This document shows positions 13,573 to 26,295 of a stretch of DNA of 64,000 nt, piece by piece. Both the position numbers and the translations under genes were made by a program. A model generated the notes under the pieces. That model did not search any database and was not told the DNA's origin. It saw only the letters and a program-made list of their open reading frames with translations. Each line of letters opens with the position of its first letter. Positions within the stretch are counted from its first letter, which is position 1. This DNA comes from Geosiphon pyriformis uo1 (lineage: Eukaryota; Fungi; Glomeromycota): NCBI GenBank assembly GCA_016748015.1, contig JAAOMT010000348.1:4441-68440 (forward strand). Direction: 5' to 3'.

Positions 13573-13639
13573 TTTTCTGATATTTTCTATCACATTTATC
13601 ATGTCTTTATATATTCTTTTAATGGATCAATTTAACGTG

Positions 13640-15009
13640 TTGTTGTCAATAATAATAATTGGTTCCAGATTTTGTGGAATCTTATCTGGTTGAACTAGTA
13701 TTCTCTGTACTTTTAATTGTGAAATATTACTGGTGGATGATAGTGTGGTGTTGTGGTATGGTTTCAATCAATTTTCATGTGCTGCTTTGGTTAAAATTTT
13801 GTTGTCCAGTCTTAATTTATAAGCTCCATTTCCTAAAATTTCTTCTATGTGAAATGGTCCATCTTATTTGAGGTCGAATTTTCCATTCCATTGTTTTTCT
13901 ACTTTGGTACAATATAAGAGTACTTTGTTTTCAATCTTGAATTCAACTAGTTTGTCTAGTAGTTGACTATCATGTCTTTTTATCTGTTTCTTTTGTGACT
14001 TTTGAATATTATCAGCTGCTCTTCTTTGTTTGTTTTCCAATGTTTCTATTAAGTCATATGTTCTTCTCAACAATGTTTCTTGAAAATTCTCTTCTGTTAT
14101 TGGTTCAGCTGGATATGTATTAATTTTTCTCTCTACTGGTAATGTTGCTGTTCTCTCATATACTAATTCAAATAGTGTTGCTTATGTAGTATCTTGTTTT
14201 ATTGTCCGATAAGCAAATAATACTAATGATATGAATAAATCCCATTTATCTTGGTTTCCTTAGCTGATCTTAGTAATTGCTTTACACAATGTTCTGTTAA
14301 ATCTTTCAACTAGACTGTTTGTTTGTGGATGGTAGGATGATAATAGTGGTCTTTTAATTCCGAATCTTTGGCTCAATTTTGCCAATATTTTATTCACAAA
14401 ATGAGTTCCTTGGTCTGATAATAATTCTTTTGGACATTCATATTGACAAATCAAATCTTGATGAATGAATTCGGCAATGGATTCTGCATCCACTCTTTGA
14501 ATTGCTTTTGCTTCTGGCCATTTAGTGAGATAGTCTATGGCTACTGCAATATATCTGTTTCCTCTGCTGGTAATTGTTAATGATCTGACTAAATCAATTC
14601 CAATGTGATCAAATGGTTGTCTTACTTTGATTGGTCTTAACAGTTCACTTGGATTTGTTCCTCCTTTTTTTTGACAAGCATCACAATTTTGAACATATTA
14701 GATGATATCTGAATACATTAATGGCCAATAGTATCTTTTTCTGGTTCTTTCCATGGTTGCTTCTTTGTAGAAATGTCCCGCTGTTGGATTTGAGTGCATA
14801 TTGTATAAAATTGTCTCTTTTTCTGGCTCTGTAACTACTCTGGTTGATTGATCTAAATCTTTTTTATTCTTCTGATAAAGTATATTTTGGTAAGTAATAA
14901 AGTATTTTGATTGTTGTTTGATACTATTGCATTCCGATTGAGATAATTTCTCCTTGAACTGTTGAGTATCTATATAATGTTTGAGTTGTTGATATTTTTG
15001 TATGTTCAT
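13640..15009 (-). pseudogene. Element A integrase
   Basis: MHSNPTAGHF...CDAC (HHCC), GIDLV, LLSDQGTHF, HPQTNSLVERFN, DGPFHIEEILGNGAYKL (GPY/F); no chromodomain seen. Confidence 0.95.
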
Positions 15010-15070
15010 TTTTTGTTATATTTTCGTTAGATTTGGTTTGGTTTTGTTATATTTTTGGATTGAAATGTTA

Positions 15071-16330
15071 TTAAATTTGTCTCATTTATGACAAACCGTC
15101 AGCATTTCCGTTGTTTTTTCCTTTTCTATAATATATAATATAAGTATATAGTAAGAGTGCCATTTTCCATCTTGATTGTCTGTCATCTCCAAATTTTTGT
15201 TTTTGGAGTGATGTCAATTCCTTGTGATCTGTATACACCTCAAATTTTTGGCTCAAGTATTCTTTCCATTTCATGACTGCCCAATAAATTGCTAAATGTT
15301 CTAATTCTGGTGTTCCATAATTCTTTTTGGCTGGTGTTAATCCTCAGCTGGCATATGCAACTAAATGTTCTCTTTTATCTGATCTTCTCTGAGATAGTAC
15401 TGCTCCCAATGCTTGACTTGATACATCAGTAATAATGATGAATAGTTTGCTGTGATCTGGATAGATCAATACTGAAGCTTGGATGAGCTTTCTTCTTAAA
15501 ATGTCAAAAGCTTCTTGCTGGGTTTCAGTCCATTTATATTTTATATTCTTGGTTTGAAGATAATTGAGTGGCTGAGCTATTTTAGAAAAATCCTTAATGA
15601 AGCGACAATAATAGCTTGCAAGTCCCAAGAATGATTTTAGTTTCATCACATTGGTAGATACTGGAAAGTTCTTTACTATCTCTATCTTTTCTGGATCTGT
15701 TTTTATGCCATCTTTGCTGACTATATGTCCTAAAAATTTCAATTCTGTTTTTCCGAAAAAGCATTTTGTGGCATTTAACTTTAGTCCTGCTTGCCAGAGT
15801 CTTTCAAATACTTGTTGTAGATGATAGAAATAATCATCAAACATCCTTGAGAATACATTGGTGTTGTCTAAGTATATGACTACTGATTTTCACAATAAGC
15901 TGGTGTAAACAATTTTCATAAGTCATTGAAAGGTGGCTGGGGTATTGGTTAAGCCAAATGACATCACTTCAAATTCAAAATTCTCTTCTCTTGTTATAAA
16001 AGCTGTCTTTTTTTTGTCCGCTGGATCCATGGCTACTTGTCAATAATCACTGTCTAGATCCAGTGTTGAGAACCATTTGTTTCCATTGAAAGCATCAAAT
16101 AACTCTTGAATTCATGGAGTTGGATAGCTGTTTTTACAAGTTACTCCATTGAGCTTTCTATAATCCACACAGAAGTGGATCTTTCTATTCTTTTTACAGA
16201 TGAGTACCACTGGTAATGACCATAGACTTATTAATGACTGAATTAGCCCATTGTCAAGCATTTGATTGATTTCTTGACAGATGATCTTATGGCTGGCTGG
16301 TGGTACTCTGTATGCTCTTTGTTAAATTGG
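15071..16330 (-). pseudogene. pol: Element A reverse transcriptase and RNase H
   Basis: FCVDYRKLN, VIYLDN, FLGHIVS, FLGLASYY, ITDVS, VAYAS, YTDH, NADGLS. Confidence 0.95.
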
Positions 16331-17974
16331 CATTGCATCTTCAGTCTTGATTTGGTGTTGGATGATGTCAGTATGGCCAAATTCATTTTTGCTGGCAAAC
16401 ATGTTGTTAAAATTGCTGAGCAACATCTTGAGCTGCATATATTGAAGTGGGTCTAAGTTTCCCATGTTCATTTGTTCCAATTGTTCTGGTTGGAGCAAAT
16501 AATATTCATTTCGTCTGTATATGGTTTGTGAAGTAATGTCGACATATTTGCACAGCTGTGGAAAGCCTGGTACAGTGTTTGGTGGCTGGTCTTCTATTTC
16601 TGTGGTCAAATATCTGATAGTGGTTCCTTCTGGTATCTCTACAACATTTTCTGTATTGTTGTAAATGGGAATTTTAATGTGATTATGGTTTTTGGCTGGT
16701 ATGTCGAGATTGATGAGTCCAATCCCTTCTGATTTACAAAGGCTTGCTTCTGCTTCAAAAATCTGTGCTTGATTTTTCACCTTTTTTTCTATTGCTATCA
16801 TGTACTGGTCATATGGTAGAATAGAAATTGCTTGACCGATTGAGATAAATTCTCTTTGGCTAATAGTTTTTTCTTCTATCATATTAACCAGTACATCTAT
16901 TTTATCTATGGATCCAAATTCCTGGATTTCTCTTGCTGTTATTCCTAATTCTTCTCTATTTCTCACTGACACTAACTGAGCTATCTTAACCAAAGGTAGG
17001 AATATTGCCTGTGCTATTTTTTTGTTTGGCTCTATAATATAGGCTTTTTCTGAGTCATTTTGTAGCATTGCCATGATATTTCTCACATATCTGGTATCAA
17101 TTATTTCTCCTCTGATATTTATTTCTTTTTTTGCTAGTTGAACTATGGTTGTTGCTAGAATTTCCAATGCTATTTTGAGATCAATGCAGGTGTGCAAATG
17201 TGGTTCCAATTTTATGGCATCTTTTTCTGGATACCTCAGATCAAATCCGACATCAGTATCATGTGCACATTCTAGCATAATACTTTCATCATTGTCACTG
17301 TACCATTTCAACTCTTGTTCTTTTGAGAGATCTGGTAAGGCAATGTATTGTTCATAATTGGGATTAGAGTCTGAATTTGAGTTAATTTCATTGCCATATT
17401 GAACTAAGCTGGAATCATTGTTGTCATCGTTATTGGAGTTTGAATCGGAATTGAAAATTGATTCTGATTCCGATGTGCAGTTGCTGATTGGTTTGATTTC
17501 TTCTGGGATTGTGTAGATCATGCATGGTGGTAAATTGTAAATGAGATTACACTCATTGCAATACTGAAAGTCACATGGAATCAAACAGTGGTCACATAGT
17601 TGAGTGTTTAGCTGTGCTAAATGCTCTTTCTGTTTTTCTCTTGTGGGTACCAGATTTTGGTAATGCTTGTGAAAGTTTTCTGAGTTGGTTTTAATGTTGA
17701 GGAAAGCATCTGGATTTGGAATCAGAATAATGTCAACTTGTTTAGGCAGGTTGTTTTTAATTTTCAGGATTTTGCTGGACATGGCTCCTTCTACTTTGGC
17801 ATTAGCCATTCGCCAGATTTTGTCTTTGTTGTGTAGATAACCTTCTAAGCGAGAGATTGCTTGGTGCCAGGTGGCTGTTATTGGCATGCCATGACTTACC
17901 CAATCGCTGATGAGAATCATGTATTGGCACAAAGTGTCGCATATTCCTCTCCAACCAGGAATGTCATTCCACAT
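16322..17974 (-). pseudogene. dut: Element A longest open segment: Cys-rich domain, dUTPase (~16900-17290) and dUTPase-like linker
   Basis: 550-aa ORF with CDHC..CNEC, DVGFDLRY, IIDTRYVRN, KIAQAI, AREIQEFGS; dUTPase motif 2 (SRSSL) is deleted in this copy. Confidence 0.9.
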
Positions 17975-18559
17975 TCCTTTGTCGAGTAAATGTTCGCCAC
18001 AAGTGAGACATAGTTTGTTGTCCCACTTGCTTTGTCATTTTGGGTAGCCATAGTGTTCTCTATCATATGGCTTGCAATAATAGTGAGTCCTCATCCAGTA
18101 GTCTTCATTAGGTGCAATCCATGCTCCCATGGAAGAGAGTTTCTTCTTATAGTCCTGACATTTTAAGGAAATGTAAGGTGGCTCCTTTACTGGCTCACAT
18201 AAGTATTTTCTTTCCCAGCCACTGGTTATTTTCTTGGTGACTTTGTCAGTTTCTTCAAGTAAGTCTTCTTTTTTTCCCTTTCTTTTTTCTTTCCAGCTTG
18301 TTGGTATTGATTTGTTTTCATTGTTATTGTTCTAAACGTCGATAGTAGTCTCCCAGGTATGTTCTTCTGTTTTTTTTCTTTTTCCCTTTACATTGTTCTT
18401 TTTTTCCCAGTCTAGAATTGGTGGTAGCTCATTGTGTTCGACGTCAGCCCATGATACTTAGTATGCCTCTCAAGTAAGCTTTAGTTTTTCCTCCTCGAAA
18501 TCAATAAGTGGTGCTGATGACATGATATTGTTGGGTTTGAAATGGCCACATGTTGCCGG

Positions 18560-18920
18560 TACTTATGTGTGTTGGCTATTTTAGCTGAGTTAGAGTTCCT
18601 AAGTGATCCAATTTAGTGTTGCATTGGTTTTAGATAACCAGTCATTGTCCACTAATGCCTGATATTGCATTGCTTCCATTACCAAGACTTTGATGAGAAT
18701 GATAATACCATTAACTTCAAATGGGAAGTTGTCAATCTCACCAATAGAAGTTTTGGTGGCTTCATCGGCTGTTATAATCCTTGCACTGGCAGCTCAGTCA
18801 ACTTGGTGACCTAATTGATCTATGAGTTGTCATGTAATGATACTGCTTGCTGAACCACTGTCAAGAATCAGTTTGATGAGGTGACCATCAACTTTTGCAT
18901 CAGTATACATAACTGTGATA
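18560..18920 (-). pseudogene. Element A aspartic protease
   Basis: VDGHLIKLILDSGSASSII at ~18841-18895. Confidence 0.9.
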
Positions 18921-19174
18921 GGCTTCTTTTCCAATACAGCTTCACTAAATAATGGCGTGGCTGAGGGTTTCTCAAATTCAAAGGGAAAAATGGCGTCTAG
19001 AGCTTTGTTTTCAGTAATTGTTGCTGGGAGAATATTGGTGAGTGTTGTTTGCTGATTGAATTCTGGTTTGTTGGAGGTGGCATTTTCTGGGGTGACCAGA
19101 AGACTTAAATAGTTCTGAGAATTCAGGTTTTGGGTGGGACCAGTACTCGAATTCCAAGAGCATAATCCAGCTGG

Positions 19175-21301
19175 TTAATAAGAAGAGTTGGGGATCAGTT
19201 GGTGAACAACCATTGCTGATCTCCAGTTTTGAGTAATTCTAGGTCTTGGGTTTTCTGATGTCATAGTAGCTGAGTTTTGGGGTGGTGTTTGAATTTGTTG
19301 GAGTTGATAGATCACTTGAGACAGTGGCTGATAAATTACTTGTGGCTGTGGTGAATAAATTGTTGGGTTTTGATAAATTGGAAGTTGATATACTGGTGGT
19401 TGATAGATTAATTGTTGCGTCATTGGTAGGTAAGTAGTTTAATATTGTGCTGAGTTTAATTGATAATTCGGAGTTGAGAACTGGTGATCAGAGTTTTGAT
19501 ATTGATTTTCCGATCATTGGTTATTTAAATATTGGCAGCAGTTAATTTGGATATGTTCTTGTTTACCACAATAGTGGCAAATACATGTTTCCTGTTGCCA
19601 CTGTTGATTGGTCGATAAAGATGGACATAGTTGATTTTGGGCACAATTAGAGTTTCCTTAATTATTGTGTTGTTGTAGAGACTAATAAATAGTGTGATTG
19701 TCAGCTAAGTATCCTTTCAATTTCTTATTAATTGATTCACTGAACTTCTCCAATTTGGAATCCAATTCAGATAATTCATTCATCACTAGATTAACAGCTT
19801 GGACATGGTTGGCCTCTGACTCAGCAGATTCAAAATCTTTGGCATATATAACTGCGTCTTGAAGTGTACCTGGATGTAACAGACATACATGTTGCAAGAT
19901 GCTGCTGCACAGACCATGGATAAGCTGGTTGAAGATCTGTAGTGCTGTGAAATAGTTGGCGTCAATTGCTTGAATTTGGCACAGATTTCAATAGAAGTGT
20001 CCCAGATAAGTGGTGACTGTTTCAGTTTCTTCTTGTTTCATGGTGGTGAACACATTGACTAGGTAATTAATGCTGTTATTGTTGCTAAAGTAGCTTAGGA
20101 ATTCCATTTTGAAGGCATTAAAATCTTGTGGTTTATTATTCAAGCTCTGATACCATGAATTGGCAGTATCTTTGAAAAAGTAGGAAATGGCTTGTATTGT
20201 TTGGGTGTCATTCTATTTGTTGACTGTGATGGCCTTTTCTACATTATTTAGCCATACTTGAGCATTGTCTTCTTCACCAGTAAAGTTGTCAAGTTTTGCG
20301 ATTAGTGTGTAGGCCATTGAATCTAAGTTAGGTTGTTGTGGTATCTGTTGAAGTGGTTGTTGTTGTACTGGTTGTTGGAGTGGTAGTTGAAGTGGCTGCT
20401 GTATGGGTTTGGCTATTGGATTAATTGGTGGTTGATCAATGACAATTATCAGAGGTAAGTTTTGCTGATTAATTAATTCGGAGTTTGGATTGTTTTGCCT
20501 TTGATGATTTACAGTTTCGATTTCCGAATTTTCTAGATTTAGATTTTGCTGAGTTTGAAGATTCGGGGTTTCAACTTCCAGGTTTTCAGTGATCAGATTT
20601 TGGTAAGTAAATTTTTGTTCCTCAGATTCTTTTTCTTTTTCTTTTTCTGATTCCATCACTTTTCATAGATCAGAAATTCTGAAATCTGATGGCAGTGGTG
20701 GTGATCAGAGGCCTGATGGAGTTGGTGATTGCGAGTTAAATCCTTCAAAGTATTTGCCATATGGTTCTAGTAAGTCTGTTTTTCTTTGTTTACTTTAAAA
20801 TAGAAATCTTCCAAATGCTGATGTCATGTTTGATGTGGATGCGCCTATAGATGTAATATTAATGGCACTTTTAGGTGTATAGTGGTATGATAGATTAGTT
20901 GGGGATTCAACTCTTGTTTTTTTCTAAATAAGTGGTTGTATTCTTTTAGGTATTACTACTGGTGTTTGTAGTTTTTCTTTGCCTTTACTAGCATATGTAA
21001 TTAGATATCTTTGCTGTGTGTGATGCTCAATTTTTTTGTTGATCTCAGTGATGATAGAGGCAAAATTGTGATTTGTTGGCAGGTTGGTATTTTGAATTAA
21101 TTCACTGTAAAAGGCTGTTCTTGCTAATTCAGTATTTACTGGTGTTCCCAACAGATATGCAATTTTTTCATTGATGTAGAAGTTGAAGGCTGATTCGGCA
21201 GATATATGATTGTGGTTTAATCTCAAGTGTGGATAATAGTGTTAAAATAAGAATTTTGCAAATTCTAGATGGTTTGCTCTTATGTTTTCTGATTTTGCCA
21301 C
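19175..21301 (-). pseudogene. gag: Element A gag with CCHC zinc knuckle
   Basis: IAKLDNFTGEEDNAQVWL; CHYCGKQEHIQINC at ~19538-19580; Gln/Pro-rich tail. Confidence 0.9.
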
Positions 21302-21346
21302 TTTTAGATTTGTGTTGATGCTGGTTCTCTGTAGAATTATATCTTA

Positions 21347-21358
21347 CAGGGAGCACTA
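21347..21358 (-). promoter_or_regulatory. Primer-binding site of element A
   Basis: TAGTGCTCCCTG (decayed TGGTGCTC) just inside the 5' LTR. Confidence 0.75.
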
Positions 21359-21360
21359 AA

Positions 21361-22223
21361 TGTTACAGATGATTATTTGGGGTCTTAGGTCAAATAACAA
21401 ACCTGTAACTTGGTGCTTAAAAGCTACTCATATTGTTGATAATAGTTTTAAGTAGTTGGTATCTGAAGGTTTTTCCAAATGAGTCTTTTGTATAATGAAC
21501 AGAGATTTTTTGTTGATGGTATTTGCAGTTTTTCTGTAAGTTGTTTTTCAATTTTTTTCTTAGCTTGGTGGCTGGATTTATTCTGGCAGTCGTGTTCTTC
21601 TGGTAAGCTATCCGATAATATATATAATTCTACTCTTATTTCTGGGTCTTTTACCAGACTATTATAACATCAATAACTCAGTGCTTTTAACCTTTAATCA
21701 ATTAGTATACAATAACAAAATCAAAGAAGAAAATAAAAAAAATAAAGAAATGTAAAAAATTAAGCCAAAGTGAATTGCAAATTAGTATCCTGTCAATAGT
21801 CATAATCAAGAGCTATTGTTTTAGTGTTGTTAAGTATTAATTACTATTAACATGAAGAGTTGATAGTGGAAGTGAGTTTGAAATAATAAATAGTTATTTA
21901 TTGTGGTTTAAAAGGTTGTTTAAATTAAATCTAAACTGAGAGGTCTGTATTTTCAGCTTTTAATACTACTGCTATATATACATAATTGAGATTCTTCAAT
22001 TTCTCGATTCTTCACAACAAGAGTCTTAGAATTTCTGGAATCCTGCGATTTCTTTGAGAGAAATCCTAGAATTCTGGAATTCTGCAATTTCTTGTGTAAG
22101 AATCCTGTAATTTCTAGAATCTTGCAATTTCTGAAACAAATTCTGGAATTCTATATTTACTACATCTACTTCTGATTGGCTAATAATTATGCTAATATAT
22201 TTTCTATATTTCTATAAATAATA
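21361..22223 (-). repeat. Element A 5' LTR
   Basis: Near copy of 4028-4879; the outer terminus has decayed. Confidence 0.95.
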
Positions 22224-25200
22224 CTGATTACTTTACAGTATTACAGATTTTAAATTAATTTATTTATGAATTAAGTAGCAGTTTGTTACAATAAGTACAT
22301 TTAATACACCCAAATATTCTTTAAAATATAGTTATATATGCCTAAGATTTTGAATTGGTCAAACTTGAAGCCAATTACATTCAAGCCATAAATTTAATAA
22401 TAAACAAATTATCTAAATTAGATTCTAAGCTGAAACAATTCAGTGACTTTATTAATTAGAAATTAGAAAAATACTTAGTTAAAAATCAAGCAATTTATCA
22501 GTCTTTTTAATATTATGACAATTCAGGAAACTCCAATCACTTCTAAAATTCATCACATCTATTATTGTTATTATTAAATCAACTATAACAACAAAAAATA
22601 CATAATTGTTATTATTGTAATAAACAAAGCTATTTAAAAGCAGATTGTCACTTCAAATTTAATAACCAATAATTAGAAAATCAATATTAAAACTCTGATT
22701 GCAAGTTTAAAACCCAGAATTATATCAACAATTTATTATTAGAATTATATTTATATTAATTATATTACTTCCAAATAATACAACAACTTATATATATACT
22801 TCCAGTTTATCAAATTTCAGCACTAATAATCTATTAATCATAGCCATAAGTAATATATTAAATTCAATCAATTTAAATACTGCCACAAAACTTAGCTTAA
22901 ATAACAACTGAAAATCAAAAACTGAAAATCATATACACACAACAAAACTAAAAATTAGCAATGATTATGCACCAATCAATTTCTAGTTTCATAAATTAAG
23001 CATTAAAATTATGTTCAAAAAATTCAGAAAATAAGTACATCTAAAATTCGAATTCCCAAAACTATTTAAATTTCTTAGTTATCCCAAAAAACACTCAATT
23101 CAACAAATCAGAACAGCTAAAACAACCATTTTTCAATAATATTTTACTAACAATAGTTATTGAAAACAAGTTACTTGCAGTTATCTTTTTTTTTAAATTA
23201 GAAAAATCCTTAACAACATCTTTTTTTAGTAGAACTATTCTTAATACTAAATTGATTACTGCTATATATATGAATACTAAAATTAATAACCAATTCATCA
23301 AGCTAATTCTTGATAGTAGATCAATAAACAGTATTATTACACAACAACTTATAGACCAATTAGGTTGCTGAGTTAATCAAACTGCCAGTGCTAAAATCAT
23401 TATAGCTAATAGAATAACAAAAACTTTTATTGATAAAATTGATGACTTTTTATTTAAAGTCAATAATATCATTGTACTAATCAAAGTTTTAGTCATAAAA
23501 ATCACACAATACCAAGCTTTTATTGGTAATAACTGGCTGTTCAAGACTAATACAATACTTAACTGAACTACACAAAAGCTACAGCTTAGTTAAAATAGTT
23601 AGTATACTTAAATACCAGTTATCTGTGGTCATTTCAAAACAACCCAATTACAATCGTTGATTGAATTTAAGAAAAAAATAAACAAATTATTTGAAAAGTC
23701 TGTCAAGTTTCATGGGCCAAAAAAGAGCACAATAAACTGTCACCAATACTCTTTTGGAACAATAAAAGAAAAAGAAAGAAAAAAAACTCTCAAAACACTA
23801 CTATTACTAAAAAAACAGCCCAACAGTTGGTATGTACTTTATTCATCAAAACAAAAGAAAAAACCATCTTATATTTGTCTTAGATATATTGATTATAAAA
23901 AAAACTTTTTTTCATGTAAGCTTAGATTTTACCAAAAGAGAACTACTAAAAACATATTCACTATTATTGTAAACTATATTACAGAAAATTTTTTGGTTAT
24001 TCAAAATGACAAGGAAAATAGGACAACAAATTATGTTTTACTTGTGAAAAAACATTATTTAACAAAAAAATATGGAATAATATTTCTAATTAAGAAGAAA
24101 TGTACAATACTTTGTATCAATATACAATTTCCATAAATAATTGAATAAACTAAAAAATGTCTTTTAATGCTATATAGAACTAAGTGCTCTTGTATTTGAA
24201 TTGTTATTCACATAACAAAAACAAGATCTAGAAAATAACAAATACCAAAGTCAAAGACATTTTATTCAATAAAATATTGATAATTAAAAACAATCTACCA
24301 GAATCTATTAATACTATTCTTATCCTGAACTCAAACATTTTTTTTAACATTCTAAGTAATCCAGAACAATTTTACAAACATTACCAAGATCTAACACCTA
24401 TTCAAAATAAGCAAAAGCAGTATTTAGAACAATTAAATACTAAACTTTGTAAATATTGTCTAATTTTTAGTGATTTTAAATATTGTAATAATTGTAATTT
24501 TATTTACAATTCACTTTTATACATGATCTATTTAATTTTCAAAGAAAAAAAACCAATTAACAAGTGTGTTTTAGAATCAAAATTAAAATTTAATTATAAT
24601 TCAGTTTTTAACAATAATAACAATAACAATTTTAATATTATTTATTATAATAATAACAACAATAATAATTCAAACTCTGACAAAAATCTCAAACAATATA
24701 TTGTGTTCTCAAAAGCAGAAACTCAAATGGTTCAGTAATAATAATAAGAATATTATGCCAAAATATGCACATAATATTAATATAGAATTTAATTTTAGAT
24801 ATTTAAAAAAAACTGTTATCTGATTGGAATTTTATTTGCACACTAGTATAAATCTAAAAATAGCACTGAAAATTTTAACAGCAACAATAATCCAATTAAT
24901 TTTTAGATCAAGTTTAGTAAAAAAAGGGATTAATATTAGAAAAAATAATTGATGTAAGATATATAAAAAATATCATTACAATACTACAAAATAACTTAGA
25001 AAAAAGATATATTATTAAACCAAATAAAAAAATAGCACAGGCAATATTTTTGTTTTTGGTTAAAATAGTTCAATTAGTATTAGTAAAAATGAGAAAAAAA
25101 TTAGGAATTATGGCAAGAGAGAAATAAATGAATTTGGATAAACAAGTAGAATAGAGATATTAATTAATATAGTTGAAGAGAAAACAATTGATAAAAAAAA

Positions 25201-25373
25201 ATTATTTTTATCAATTAATCCATTTCAATTCTATTATATGATCAGTATATATTAACTATAGAGAAAAAAATAAAAAATTAATTCCAAACTTTTAAAGCAA
25301 AACCAAACATTTATGAATCAAGAAAAATTGACATTATTAATCTCTATATACTAGCCAAAAACCACAAACACAT
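22224..25373 (+). pseudogene. H1 gag C-half, protease, Cys-rich domain and dUTPase (strongly decayed)
   Basis: Knuckle CYYCNKQSYLKADC (22607-22648), LILDSRS (~23303), LCKYC..CNNC, KIAQAIFL (~25030). Confidence 0.85.
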
Positions 25374-26231
25374 TGTTATTTATAGAATATAGAAAAAATA
25401 TTAGTATATAAAATAGCCAATCAGAAATAAATGTAGTAAATATGGAATTCTAAGATTCTTTTTAGAGAAATTGCAGGATTCTAAAAATTTCAAGATTCTT
25501 ATATGAGAAATTGCAGGATTCCAGAATTTTAGGATTCTTCTTAAAAAAATTCCAGAATTCCAGAAATTCCAGGGTTCCTGGTAAGAAGAATTGAAAAATT
25601 GAGGAATCTCAATTATGTATATATAGCAGTAGTAATAGAAGTAAAAAAAAAGACAGACCTTTCAGTTTAGATTTGATTTAAACAATTTTTCTATTTATAA
25701 ATATCAATAAATAATTATTCACTATCTCAATTTATTTTCTACTGTTAACATTTCATGTTGATAATAACTGATATTTAATCATACTGGAACAATAGCTCTT
25801 GATTATAGCTATTGATGGGATACTAACATTTATTGTCTTGGCTTATTTCTTTATTTTTTTCTATTTTCTTTTGTTATTTCTTTGTGTTTTACTAATTAAT
25901 TAAGGATTAAAAAAAACTGAGTTACAGACATCATAGGGACTGATAAAAAACCCATAAAACAAAAATAGAACACTTATAATTGAGAATAGCTTACCAGAAG
26001 GATTACCAGCCATCACACTAAAAAAAAATTCGATAGAATTACAATTCCAAAAGACTACTAACACAACAATTGAATCTCTGTTCATTATACAAAGGACTCA
26101 ACCAAAACTTTCAGACAATCAAAACCTTCAGATACAAACAATCTTTAGATATTATTAACATTAACAAGTAAATTAGCACCAAGTTATGGGTTTGTTATTT
26201 GATTTGAGGTCCCAAATAATAATCTGTAATA
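25374..26231 (+). repeat. Element D 5' LTR
   Basis: TGTTA...TAATA; GAATTCCA-type repeat array followed by TATATATA at 25618-25625. Confidence 0.95.
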
Positions 26232-26295
26232 TTTGGTGCTTTCTGTAAAGTATAATTCAACAGAAAACAAGCACCAACAACAACTATACAAAACA

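Larger units (their letters stand above)
4028..22223 (-). mobile_element. Element A: full-length Ty3/Gypsy retrotransposon inserted in H1 gag; contains element B
   Basis: Direct-repeat LTRs 4028-4879 and 21361-22223; TSD CTGG (4024-4027) / CTGA (22224-22227); PBS and PPT present. Confidence 0.95.

Noticed and set aside
24600-24680. AAT/AAC microsatellite-like poly-Asn run
   Set aside because: G>A-eroded Asp/Ser/Asn linker before dUTPase, present in all A-type copies.
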